This document shows positions 9,001-17,907 of a DNA stretch of 27,721 bases, piece by piece. How positions within the stretch are numbered: the first letter of the stretch is position 1; each line of letters opens with the position of its first letter. Location of the stretch: positions 1 through 27,721 of the IMG/VR virus record IMGVR_UViG_3300008093_000049; one strand, given 5' to 3'. The notes beneath the pieces are model-generated. The model did no database searches. It was not told the DNA's origin and saw nothing but the letters and a program-made list of their open reading frames with translations. This DNA comes from a virus. Lineage: Duplodnaviria > Caudoviricetes. The translations under genes were made by a program, and so were the position numbers.

Positions 9001-9819
9001 TGCGTGGCTGTATTCCGCTAAATGAAAGTTGCCGGACTTAGTCAAAATATAATAGTATCCTGTGCCATCTAGTTTGTTTCGTATTACTGTTCCATTTCCT
9101 GTAGTAGGGCGAGAATAACCCTCAGGAATTAAGTTGACTTGCGGAATAGTGTCAAAGTCATAAACTTGGTTGCTGGCTGCGTTTGAAACAGTAAATCGCA
9201 AATTGGGTAGGCTGTTCCCGAAAGAAGCTAAGTTCCATCCAGTCATTACAAGATAGCTAACACCTCTATAAGCAGGAACTTTGTCCACACCCCAAATACC
9301 CTGCGCACCACTATCAATGTTTTGTGTTTCTGTACCAGTATACCAACGCCAAGTGCCCAAGTTTGTGCCTGCTTGACCACTAATATCGGAATATTCCAAT
9401 TCGCCGTTTACCCAAATCTCTAATAATTCGGCAGGACCTTCACAGACTGCAATTACTAAATCAACTATCTTCTCGTAACTAACATTTGTTGTTGTAGCAC
9501 CGCCACCAAGTCCCTTACCGCTTTGACGTGTTTTGGTTGTTACTTTTCTGTTTTCTTGATTGAAGTGAATAATATTACCCGCAAGTTTTGCAGTGCCATA
9601 TAACTTTTTTATAACACTTCCCTGAGTGCTTTGAGTAAATGTTACATCTGGAGGAATACTGCCTTCATTACGGAATTGTTCTGGTCCCTGCAACAATTGC
9701 CCAGCAACACCACCCGCCAAACTACCTAATGCGAAACCCAAGCTGGCAGCGCCCAGAGGACCGCCAATTAGGAACCCCGCAACACCTCCAGCTAAACTGC
9801 CTGCTTGCTGTAAACTCAT
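6097..9819 (-). CDS. GTA-type megatron / tip attachment protein (Phage-tail_3 family)
   Basis: Motifs LYGTAKLAGNII, PAYRGVSYLV...LASFGNSLPNLRFTV, AREAIDPL...ESEGKLKF, ELIQYSEAE...LSKLLRNRRGT and C-terminal WIRNDR. Confidence 0.9.
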   Translation of the reverse strand: MSLQQAGSLAGGVAGFLIGGPLGAASLGFALGSLAGGVAGQLLQGPEQFRNEGSIPPDVTFTQSTQGSVIKKLYGTAKLAGNIIHFNQENRKVTTKTRQSGKGLGGGATTTNVSYEKIVDLVIAVCEGPAELLEIWVNGELEYSDISGQAGTNLGTWRWYTGTETQNIDSGAQGIWGVDKVPAYRGVSYLVMTGWNLASFGNSLPNLRFTVSNAASNQVYDFDTIPQVNLIPEGYSRPTTGNGTVIRNKLDGTGYYYILTKSGNFHLAEYSHATRSVISIGPAWVFPSPVGERVNNISLVPQTIGTGSFSWDNNFDVDDEYIYVAGTLTGLDVSPFISGYLVALNRASGTGRYAKQTNGVLLDIGLSQTRDACVQVTPFPIQGKRIVWASNRVDQEANGVGRFSLNALSVQAILLTSSKFELVKMWTPTEMVTGQPFSIYIQDALGVMDPEFDEGNLSWHYYKVGLASTNENAILMRASIKFPFEPVGPETVADNSFASQSATEISNWFTFSFAGNQYDNAIMLDSRNKTLLMHMGRHEALGGFGNLPTWVLIDINAATVLGTKSSNELSAEFGADYDALGTTNFTTQMAAEPVYDPQGNFWITTPNLSQFSAIRISSTDITDLDYYNPALWVPASNGFTSYDWRRRGIFYRRNSFASDYFLKLSIRQPGQTTIKKIVDDILLNKVGLQPSQIDTTDLDGLDALPDFGGLEGYIIAKPTTAREAIDPLATAFGFYYIESEGKLKFKRKYGRTPIVINPNDFGASENSDADIFEETVNQITGIPSSVTLNYIDPDFDYQQASQRSNRRTAPNENNVAVDSPIVMRSPAAKSITDRILFEENQNRRGITINVPIYGQTDVEYLGLEPGDLIQITYTDDYYTQSGEKYEVVETRSGGVLMTIIARRFEDAFYNTLTAQNYTPSSGIILPVKNADPTYPPSWIFVDCPSLRVADSGLGWYAAADNANSTNNFRGVDVFRRTGTEYDLVITHNERATLGRITVALPAYPWNNWDLANTVTVQLNNQSTVLSSYSEEQVLAGDGAVLIGTEDQNWELIQYSEAEELGNGLWRLSKLLRNRRGTRDSFTSGSHSAFSNAIFVPSTGVGIFRPGDTTNSLNTPIDYRAVGAGLNISNSPQEFHVWSAASSKPRSPSSLNASRLGGNIVINWIRNDRLREGWDNFIDLANSEAIEQYEVQVTDNTITNVFSVLNTTTLTISDVYSTNVTITIAQLSVDVGVGYTSTLTI

Positions 9820-10235
9820 TCTCGTATCCTAAAAAAACTCATTTTATGGCCTTCTTCTTTGCTGGGATAGTTTACTAAAACAACCCGCTTTGCTCTACTA
9901 TCTGCATGAATAATACGATTATTGTCATACATTACTGCTAGGTGGGTGGGGTTTGGCACGTCTTTGATTTTAAATAATAAAATATCGCCTTTTTCCGCAT
10001 TTTCTACTCGATCGCAGTAGTTCCTAATCTGCTTGAGCAGAAGGGTATTGGTTGCTATCTGACTGTAGCCTTCGCAGACTATTTTTTTAAGTGGCAGGGG
10101 ACATATACCGCCGTTCATCAATGCAAGAACCAATAATCCCACACAATCTACCCCGTATTGAGTGTGCCCACCCGCTCTATAGGGCGTGTTGATTAACTTA
10201 AAGCATTCGTCTGCTAATATAATTCGCTTACTCAA
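9816..10235 (-). CDS. NlpC/P60 tail-tip peptidase
   Basis: TPY..GG...GVDCVGL (catalytic Cys), GDILLF, HLAV, IIHA. Sits between hub and megatron. TTG start after GAGGGG. Confidence 0.92.
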   Translation of the reverse strand: MSKRIILADECFKLINTPYRAGGHTQYGVDCVGLLVLALMNGGICPLPLKKIVCEGYSQIATNTLLLKQIRNYCDRVENAEKGDILLFKIKDVPNPTHLAVMYDNNRIIHADSRAKRVVLVNYPSKEEGHKMSFFRIRE

Positions 10236-11514
10236 CTTCGCCCCTCGCTGTTATTGCATCATTACCCGGAATATCAGGAAAGCCCCTAAAGTTAATAATG
10301 TTGTCAAACTTATTTACTGCCTGTTCAATACTGCCATCATAACCCAATATAACTTCACAAAAATCATTTACTTGAATGGGCTGCGGTGTGCTTGCTAATA
10401 ATGTTACGGTATTGGCGGAGTTAGTCATAATTTCATTGCGGATAAACTTTGCTGAAGTTGTGCTGGGTAGATAATTGTTACCTGTATTCCAAATAACTTC
10501 GCCATAAGAATAGTTTCTGTTTGCGCCCATCCAATTATATGTTGCTTGTGTTTTAACTTTGAAACTCATACTGCTAAGAATCACGTTAGGGCTTCCTCCA
10601 CTAACACGAGTGAACACTGCTCTAAAATAAACGTTGCTGCTAACGGAACTAGAACTAGTTAATGCAATCCAAGTATTTGGTGCGGCGCTAGTAAATGTTC
10701 CACTAACGCCTGTATTACTTACTGAAAAAATAATACTACCACCGCTTATTGCAGTTGTTTCAGCACTTATTCTAAAATCGCCCACTACTGCACTTGTTGG
10801 TAGGTTAAAAATAATTTGTGGGCTATACCATCTACCGCTTGTGCTAGTTCCGGTTATTTGAAGATTATCTGTATCAGCACTTAAGTTTGCTAATGTTGCG
10901 CCAGTTAGAAAGTCTATTTCATCGTTGTAGGGCGTTACGCTTAATTGACTTAATCTGAAACGTGTTCTATTTTCTGTTACTTGGTTAACAATTGCTTTTG
11001 TTGTATATGCGCTTAAACTTAATCCATTAGGTGCATCACCCAAATTTACGGGATCATTGGGAGTGAACAAGCGGACAATGGGTTGGTCACTCAATATTTG
11101 AGTTAAACTTCTTAATTCTACTACTACACGACGTCTTTGACTTATAGATACATTACCAATTAACCCGCTTTGAAATATTAATTTATCAGCTGGATTAGCC
11201 CAATTAATTACAAATACTTCATATGCTGTTCTATCGTAATAGCCTGCAATAAGAGCATTTCTATTAAAACCTGTTGTTACATCATCACTTAATAATAAAC
11301 TAATGTCTAAATTACTGATAAATCCATTTTGACCAAAAGTAAACTCTGTGGGGTCTGCACCAGGAGCATAAGTTAACCCATTATAAGTTAAACTTTGATC
11401 ATGACTGCTAAATCCAAATTCATATCCAGCAGGAGTTGTAAACTTAAAGCATAAAGCCCAAGTTAATGTTTTTGAACTTAAATCACTTAATATTGATGCA
11501 CCAATTGTTTTAAT
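10228..11514 (-). CDS. Baseplate hub protein (DUF2163 / BR0599 family), probable ATT start
   Basis: Motifs GFSSHDQSL...Y.PG, AGYYD...VFVINW, ELRSLTQIL and C-terminal NFRGFPDIPGND. The ORF track starts at GTG 11541, but AGGAGG lies 6 nt before ATT at 11514. Confidence 0.88.
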   Translation of the reverse strand: MKTIGASILSDLSSKTLTWALCFKFTTPAGYEFGFSSHDQSLTYNGLTYAPGADPTEFTFGQNGFISNLDISLLLSDDVTTGFNRNALIAGYYDRTAYEVFVINWANPADKLIFQSGLIGNVSISQRRRVVVELRSLTQILSDQPIVRLFTPNDPVNLGDAPNGLSLSAYTTKAIVNQVTENRTRFRLSQLSVTPYNDEIDFLTGATLANLSADTDNLQITGTSTSGRWYSPQIIFNLPTSAVVGDFRISAETTAISGGSIIFSVSNTGVSGTFTSAAPNTWIALTSSSSVSSNVYFRAVFTRVSGGSPNVILSSMSFKVKTQATYNWMGANRNYSYGEVIWNTGNNYLPSTTSAKFIRNEIMTNSANTVTLLASTPQPIQVNDFCEVILGYDGSIEQAVNKFDNIINFRGFPDIPGNDAITARGEVE

Positions 11515-12181
11515 AACGCACCTCCTGTATAGTAAAACCACTCCAAGTTTGTGTTGAACTATTATTTTTAGTTACATCAAATGAATCTGTATCAAATCTA
11601 CAAGCAATATCATATTCATATTTGGCTTTTAATACACTTCCTGATAAAGGACTTGGGATATTAATAATACCAGTAGTTGTGCTAATAGTATAATCAACAC
11701 CTCTTGTTAATAATGTTGTATCAATATACAATTCAAAATCCTGTGAGGGGTGATTTAAATCATAGCTAATACCAGCTGGGGGTATTTGTCCATTAACTCT
11801 GGGTAATTTGATATCTTTGGCATAAGTTAAACTACCTGTTGTGTATTTTTTATTTAATTGGTAATTACCAACTCCAGTATAAGCAGATATATCAGCTGGT
11901 TCAGCATTTTTACTGTGATCCCATAAGTAATCGGTCCAATCTCTAAATCTAAATACATAAAATCTACCACGCATGTTCATATAAAAGTCTTTTACTTCTG
12001 CCATAGTGCCATCAGGCAAATTATCAATATTTGTTGTAAATTTACGCAATGCCCTTGAATAATAACTTAATCTTAATTCTTCGCCACTAGCAGTTCTAAC
12101 TATTTGTGTATTCCATTCATCAGCAGCATTGCTGAAATAACTTACGTATTCGGGAAATACTATGTTATTAACTATTTCCAT
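11510..12181 (-). CDS. Distal tail protein (DUF2460 / TIGR02217 family)
   Basis: FP..SY.....EWNTQIVRTASGEE.R, F....RGR...FRFRDWTDY and YEYDIACRFDTD. Confidence 0.92.
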   Translation of the reverse strand: MEIVNNIVFPEYVSYFSNAADEWNTQIVRTASGEELRLSYYSRALRKFTTNIDNLPDGTMAEVKDFYMNMRGRFYVFRFRDWTDYLWDHSKNAEPADISAYTGVGNYQLNKKYTTGSLTYAKDIKLPRVNGQIPPAGISYDLNHPSQDFELYIDTTLLTRGVDYTISTTTGIINIPSPLSGSVLKAKYEYDIACRFDTDSFDVTKNNSSTQTWSGFTIQEVRY

Positions 12182-15100
12182 TAACCACCATTCCTTTTGC
12201 CTCTTTGATTAGCTAGATACATGTCGCGTTCAATTTCACTTCTTGATTGTCTAAAACTATTTGGATTTGGGGTAGTTATATTAAACACGTTGGTTGTTTG
12301 TGCATTATTACCCCCTGAAACCTTAACACCCAAATCTCCAGATTTAGTTCTTGCAACAGGCAATACAGCTTCAGGTCCTGCTTCGCCTGTTAAACTAAAT
12401 TTATTACCACGCATTGGTGTAATAGTTGGTCCATTAATTATTCCGCCTTTAGCAAAAGGAACAACATTGCCGTTATTAAACACATTACCTTTAGCACTAA
12501 AAATAGTATCAAATATACCTTGCAACCCGCCACCAGCAGCACCAGCAGCACCGCCAGTTGCGCCACCTAATAAGCTGGAAAATACTTGATTAAGCGCAAT
12601 TTTAGTAAGTTGTTGAATAACTGAATCTACAAAGCCGCCAAATATGTTTAATGCACCTTTTAATGTGCCATCCCATTCAGTTGCAAATTTACTAAAAGTA
12701 TCAGCAGCACCATCACTAATAGTTGAATATAAATCAGTTGCAATTTGTGCAAAGTTTTGACTATTTTCTTGTGCATTTTGTATTGCTTGATCCCAACCAA
12801 ATTCAAAAGAACGTTGTGTTTGTTGTATTGTTCCTTCTAATTCTCTGGTTTTTTCTATTTCTTGGTTAAGTGAAGTAACACGATTGTTTAATATTTCAGT
12901 ATTAACACCACTAGCGTTCAATTCATTAATACGTTTTAATATTTGTTCACGTTCACGCTCAAGCGGCAATGTTGCTTCAACTATTGCACGTTCACGTTCA
13001 CTTAATCCTAAATTCTGTAGTCTTATGGCTGATTCTTCATTTTGTAATCTAGTTCTTTCAAGTAATCCTTCTAATGCAAAGCTTTGTGATTCTGCTTCTT
13101 TTAAATCACTTAATTCTCTGATTATTTGTGCTTCTTGGCTTAAAGTAGTTAACCCTAATTTTCTAAAATTATCTGATTGTTGTAATACTGCGGCAACTCT
13201 ACGTTGTTCATCAGCACTACCTCTTAATGCTTCTGCTTCTTGTTTTAAACCATTAATGTATGTGGTTAGTTCGCCTCGCGGATCATCTTTAGCACCTTTG
13301 CTTTTAGTAGTAGTAGTTTCAGGTGGTGTAAATGTTTCACTTAATGGATTATCTTTATTAATACTTGAAGTTGCTGCTGCGGCTTTTTCTGCTGCTAGTC
13401 TGTTAGCTTTAATTTGATCTGCAATAGCATTTATTGGCGCTAATGCTACTTCGCCAGCAGTTGCAACTCCGGCACTGATTGCTTCACTTATAGCAGTCCC
13501 AGCTTCAATAAATGGTGCTGAAGCTGCTTCAGCAACACCAACAACGCCATCTTTTGCAGCAGCAACAGTAGTGCTTAAAAAGTCAGCACTTTTTTGAACA
13601 AAGCCGCTAACAGCAGCATCACCTAATCCTAAAAATCTAAATAAATTGTCAGCAGCACCAACTAAATTATTAATTAATTCTAACGCTCCGTCTACGAAAC
13701 CCTTAATAATATCTTTTGCAATTTGAAATGCACCTGCTGTATTTTCACTAACAAACGTAGTAAATTTGTCATAAGCACCAGTTATTGAATCAATTGCATC
13801 TGTGGCTTCTTTACCTAAATAATTGCTTACGTCAGTAACAACAGTTAAAAATCCATTAAAAGCACTAATAACTGTGCTGGTTATTAGTTGTGCAATTGCT
13901 TTTAATATTTCAATTAAACTAAAGTTTTCACCTGTGACTCTGTTAATGGCAAATTGAAGTGCTCCAAGGGCTAATCCAACAGGACCCAATATTTTAAAGA
14001 AACGTAATAATGGACTTAAGTTTAATACAGCACCAAATCGTTGAAATGCACTTGATACTCCAACTGTTGCGGCTGCTGTTCCTCCTGCTCTTGCTTTTAA
14101 TAAATCTAAACCATCTTTTAAGTTAGTAACTTCTGTTAATGTTTGTTTTGATATAAAAAAGTTTTTAAATACTTTGCTGGGAAAATTACGTATTTGGCTT
14201 CTAATGTTTTTTAAACTAAATCCAAATGTATTTAAGATAGTTAAACTTTTAGCTGTAGCACCACCCACAGCAACTATAGCTGGCGTAACACCACTAACTG
14301 CACCAGCAAATTTTAATACAACACCAGTTAAAGCTAATAATGTAGAACTTAAAGCAACTAGTCCAACCACAGCAATAATTTCACCAAACTGTTTGATTGC
14401 AAAAGTAACTGCATTAATAGCACCACCCAATACTTCACCAATAATTCTAGCACTTTCTGTTCCACTTGATATAAATGCTGTTAAACTTTGAACTGCATTT
14501 GTAAATGCCGCACTAAATCCACCATCACCAATAGCAGTAAAGAAACGTGTAGTTGCATCTGTTAAGTTACTTAAACTTTGGGATATTCCGCCTAGTCCTG
14601 CTGTGGCAGCACCAGCAAATTGTCCTTCATTTAATACTTTTAATAATGCTGCGGTTATTTTAGCAGAGCCCTCTGCTGTTTTACCAAACTCACTAAATTC
14701 CAAACGACTTATTTTAAGTTCACGTTGTAATGCAACACTTAAACCCGGAATACGTTCAAATACTTGTTCAAGTTCTTCTAGTCCAAGACCACCACTAGTA
14801 CTTCTTCCTAATAGTCTAATGATTGCTTCAAATGCGCCAACTTTATCAGTTGCAACAGTAGCACCATTTTCAATTGTTTTAAGTAGTTCAGCAATTTGGG
14901 TAAAACTTTTTCCGCCAGTAAAACCACTTCCCTGTAATTGAGTTACAGCAGCAACTAAAGTAGTTAATTCTTGTCCGCTGGTTTCTGCCAATGTTTCCAG
15001 TTCTTTAAATACAAATGCACCTTTTTCAATATCTTGAAATGTGGCATTAAGTGTTCTTCTTAAATCTTCTGCTCTTGCATTTATTTGAACCAACCCTCGA

Positions 15101-15489
15101 GCCGCAGTTGTACCAATAACAGTTCCAACAACTGCTCCTAAAGCACTAGCAGCACCAGCTAAAAATCCTCTTGATCTTTGCGCAGCTTTGCCAATACCAT
15201 CAACTGATCTGGCTGCTGATTGTGAATTTCTAGTAATATTTGTAATGGCTGCACTTCCGCTAGAACCTAATTTTGATATATTATTTGCGGCTGCACTGCT
15301 TCTATTTGATAATTTATCAATACTTTTGGCTGCTGAGTTAGCACTAGTTCCAAGTGAACTAGTTCCTTTACTATTTAAATTTTCTCTAATAGAACGGCCT
15401 GTTCTTGCAGCCCGTCTAGCTAGATTATCTAAATCACGTTCACCTTGCGTAATATCAATACGTGGTTCAACAAGTGCTAACTCAACCAT
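12181..15489 (-). CDS. Tape measure protein
   Basis: 1102 aa, Ala/Gly-rich and helical, with a GLGLEELEQVFERIPG tape-measure domain and C-terminal AKGNVF...PFAKGGII..PT...GEAGPEAVLP. Confidence 0.95.
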   Translation of the reverse strand: MVELALVEPRIDITQGERDLDNLARRAARTGRSIRENLNSKGTSSLGTSANSAAKSIDKLSNRSSAAANNISKLGSSGSAAITNITRNSQSAARSVDGIGKAAQRSRGFLAGAASALGAVVGTVIGTTAARGLVQINARAEDLRRTLNATFQDIEKGAFVFKELETLAETSGQELTTLVAAVTQLQGSGFTGGKSFTQIAELLKTIENGATVATDKVGAFEAIIRLLGRSTSGGLGLEELEQVFERIPGLSVALQRELKISRLEFSEFGKTAEGSAKITAALLKVLNEGQFAGAATAGLGGISQSLSNLTDATTRFFTAIGDGGFSAAFTNAVQSLTAFISSGTESARIIGEVLGGAINAVTFAIKQFGEIIAVVGLVALSSTLLALTGVVLKFAGAVSGVTPAIVAVGGATAKSLTILNTFGFSLKNIRSQIRNFPSKVFKNFFISKQTLTEVTNLKDGLDLLKARAGGTAAATVGVSSAFQRFGAVLNLSPLLRFFKILGPVGLALGALQFAINRVTGENFSLIEILKAIAQLITSTVISAFNGFLTVVTDVSNYLGKEATDAIDSITGAYDKFTTFVSENTAGAFQIAKDIIKGFVDGALELINNLVGAADNLFRFLGLGDAAVSGFVQKSADFLSTTVAAAKDGVVGVAEAASAPFIEAGTAISEAISAGVATAGEVALAPINAIADQIKANRLAAEKAAAATSSINKDNPLSETFTPPETTTTKSKGAKDDPRGELTTYINGLKQEAEALRGSADEQRRVAAVLQQSDNFRKLGLTTLSQEAQIIRELSDLKEAESQSFALEGLLERTRLQNEESAIRLQNLGLSERERAIVEATLPLEREREQILKRINELNASGVNTEILNNRVTSLNQEIEKTRELEGTIQQTQRSFEFGWDQAIQNAQENSQNFAQIATDLYSTISDGAADTFSKFATEWDGTLKGALNIFGGFVDSVIQQLTKIALNQVFSSLLGGATGGAAGAAGGGLQGIFDTIFSAKGNVFNNGNVVPFAKGGIINGPTITPMRGNKFSLTGEAGPEAVLPVARTKSGDLGVKVSGGNNAQTTNVFNITTPNPNSFRQSRSEIERDMYLANQRGKRNGG

Positions 15490-15781
15490 TTTTCATTTTC
15501 CTAACTTGATGTTCAACATATACTTCATCAAGTTGACTTATAGCGCGCATAAAAGGAATAGGTTCAATATCCCAATTACATATGTTATGGTAATTTAACA
15601 CATCTGTAGTATTTAAACGTTCAATACCCATACCAACTGCCCTAAATGAACTTAAATCTAAAAAGCTCTGTAATAAAAATTTACTTAAACCTTCAAGGGG
15701 CGGTAACTCCTCTAACATTCCAGCTTCAATCAATGCACGATCTAAAGCCCTGCCAGACAAGTCCGCCCTTAAATGTTTTTT
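15482..15781 (-). CDS. Tail assembly chaperone T segment (translated as a G-T fusion by -1 frameshift)
   Basis: The -1 frame from the slippery A AAA AAC (15781-15775) reads KKHLRAD into the 15760 ORF. FLDLSSFRAVGMG...ISQLDEVY is typical of this family. Confidence 0.8.
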   Translation of the reverse strand, partial: KKHLRADLSGRALDRALIEAGMLEELPPLEGLSKFLLQSFLDLSSFRAVGMGIERLNTTDVLNYHNICNWDIEPIPFMRAISQLDEVYVEHQVRKMKNG

Positions 15782-16203
15782 GCTTCATCTACTGCTTCCT
15801 CTAAATTTTTAACAAAGAAGTTTTCAATGTCACCAACTGCATCAAATATTTGTTTAGATATAGTAGGAAACTTTTTACTGCAAAACTTTTCAGCAAGTTC
15901 TTTATTAAAAGGAATGGGTTTTCCATCTTTAGTTAAACCTTCCCAATCAAGCAATATATTATTTGCAATAAAGTTTGGTAACATGGCTGTTAAACCTTCT
16001 TCTATCCAATCTTCATTTGAAACTTTTCTGCCTATTTTTTTGTTTTTAGAGAAATAGTTTTTACGTTCTTTATCAATTTTTGATTGATATTCGTTTTTAG
16101 CAACGTTAGCAATTTTAATTTTAAAATCACCACCTGGTGTTTCAATTGTAACCCAAGTGCCATCACTCAGCTCATCGCTTACTTCATAATTAAATATTTC
16201 CAT
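15769..16203 (-). CDS. Tail assembly chaperone G
   Basis: GTWV...ILLDWEGL..DGKPIPFNKELA, located between tube and tape measure, with a GGAG RBS. Confidence 0.88.
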   Translation of the reverse strand: MEIFNYEVSDELSDGTWVTIETPGGDFKIKIANVAKNEYQSKIDKERKNYFSKNKKIGRKVSNEDWIEEGLTAMLPNFIANNILLDWEGLTKDGKPIPFNKELAEKFCSKKFPTISKQIFDAVGDIENFFVKNLEEAVDEAKNI

Positions 16204-16214
16204 TTCTTAACTCC

Positions 16215-17393
16215 TTATGCTAGGTAATGTAGCGACACACTTTTACCAGTTAATGGACTAACGTTAGCTTGGAAAGTTGCAGCAACAGTAACAACTTCAT
16301 CTCTAGCTGGAATAGCATTTGGATGAGCTGTAATAGTTGCATACGGTATTTCTAAACTAAAGTAATTTCCTGCTATGTCTTGTAAAATTGAACCGATCTG
16401 TATTTTGGTACCTAGTCTATAAGCTTCAAGTAATGTTCTATTTTTTAATGCAAAAGTAACTGTTCCTGTAACACCCACACTGCCTTCACTAATATCAGCA
16501 GCAAATTCACTTCCCAATGCTCTAAAAGGAGTAAGGTTATTGTTGACAGTAATTTCAACGTTTGTAACAAGTAAGTTTGATTGTGGAACGTTATCAACAC
16601 TTAACCAAAACTTTTTAAAGTTATCGGTTGGATTTAGTTCTACAGTGTTGCTTGCAGGCACAGTTGCAGTCTTTGGATCAGCTGATAAACTTCTTAAAGT
16701 TGTACCTGCCATAGTAAATGTTTGTTGCGGAATTTCGCCAACACTTAATTTAAGGGTATATTCGCCAACAGTTAAGTTATTTCCAACAACATAAGTTGAG
16801 ATGCCTTCATAACCTTGAACAAATGTAAATGCTTTTGGATAAACATCATTGGTTATTCTTGAAAACTTGTTAATAGTTAATGTATCAGCATTAGCACTAA
16901 CAATTGGTGTAGCTGGATCTAAATAAATTGCAGTAGCAGAACTTTCAGGAGTTAATGCAACTGCATAAACACCATTTAGTTGACTTTCAACTGCGCTGGT
17001 AATAGTAAAACGTGTTCCGGGAGACATAACAGGAAAACTTAAACCAACTAGCATGTTTGAACCAACAGCAGCACTAGCGGTTACAAATTCTGCTGATATA
17101 GGAGTAGCAACACCAAATAGTGCGCCTTCTAATAAATCTGTTAATTCGCCAACTTGTAAATATGTAGAAAAGCCAGCATTTGTATCTTTAGCAACTGCAA
17201 TTGGTGCAGTTGTTTGACGATCTGATCTAATAACTTCGCTGTCTGCTAATTCAACTTCAATATTAATACCATCGCTGGGTAATATATTAATAAGTTGCAT
17301 TGCCGAAACATCTTCAACAAATGGATTTTGGCAAAGTGCTTCTGATTTGTATGCAAGGGAAGTTCTTCCACCTGTAGTAGTTAAACAAGCCAT
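16215..17393 (-). CDS. Major tail (tube) protein, Phage_tube_2-like
   Basis: TGGRTSLAYKSE start, SEVIRSDRQ and EITVNNNL...LGS. Position fits, and no sheath gene is present. Confidence 0.85.
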   Translation of the reverse strand: MACLTTTGGRTSLAYKSEALCQNPFVEDVSAMQLINILPSDGINIEVELADSEVIRSDRQTTAPIAVAKDTNAGFSTYLQVGELTDLLEGALFGVATPISAEFVTASAAVGSNMLVGLSFPVMSPGTRFTITSAVESQLNGVYAVALTPESSATAIYLDPATPIVSANADTLTINKFSRITNDVYPKAFTFVQGYEGISTYVVGNNLTVGEYTLKLSVGEIPQQTFTMAGTTLRSLSADPKTATVPASNTVELNPTDNFKKFWLSVDNVPQSNLLVTNVEITVNNNLTPFRALGSEFAADISEGSVGVTGTVTFALKNRTLLEAYRLGTKIQIGSILQDIAGNYFSLEIPYATITAHPNAIPARDEVVTVAATFQANVSPLTGKSVSLHYLA

Positions 17394-17430
17394 GTTTGGT
17401 CTCCTGAATAAATGAATAAATGTAGCTTAA

Positions 17431-17444
17431 ACATATTTATACGC
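17431..17444 (-). promoter_or_regulatory. T4-type late promoter GCG-TATAAATA-TGT
   Basis: Exact TATAAATA at 17441-17434 in the gap upstream of the tube gene. The same 14-mer occurs at 24133-24146. Confidence 0.85.
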
Positions 17445-17466
17445 TTACTCATTAAATATAGTAATA

Positions 17467-17907
17467 CTATATTATGGCTTCACGTCTACTCCAACGATAA
17501 TTTTGTTCTACAATGTAAATGTGCTTGCCCATATCATCTTCACCCACATATACTTCATTGGTGGGATTAACTAATTGTAAACAATTTAAACTGTCAATTT
17601 CAATACTGCCTGTGGATATAATTTGACTTGTAATGCTGTCAACTATGCTGCTAACATGATTTGTTCCGCTGCCTTTATGTGCAACTATTTTAACTTCTAA
17701 TCTAACTGCTTGAAATCTAAATGCACCATTTGTTTGCCATCCAACTGCAAATGGAGTTGTTAATCCAAAATCAACTCTATATACTAGGTATGTTTTACCT
17801 TCATCAGGTATTTTACCTCTATTTTCACCAACTCTATAAGTTCCTGGTGCAGTTAAGGGATTTTCAATAATGGATTCTAATGCGTTTTTTACTGCAACTC
17901 TACTCAT
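17467..17907 (-). CDS. Putative tail terminator
   Basis: 146 aa directly upstream of the tube gene, with a YRVDFG...EVKIVAHKGSG pattern. Confidence 0.65.
   Translation of the reverse strand: MSRVAVKNALESIIENPLTAPGTYRVGENRGKIPDEGKTYLVYRVDFGLTTPFAVGWQTNGAFRFQAVRLEVKIVAHKGSGTNHVSSIVDSITSQIISTGSIEIDSLNCLQLVNPTNEVYVGEDDMGKHIYIVEQNYRWSRREAII

Noticed and set aside
2609-9819. Diversity-generating retroelement or invertible fibre cassette
   Set aside because: I found no reverse transcriptase, invertase or template/variable repeat pair by eye.
5233-12181. A bona fide chromosomal RcGTA cluster
   Set aside because: Only the tail tip is GTA-like. The head genes are of a different type, there is no HK97 protease, the tape measure is long, and no host genes flank the module.
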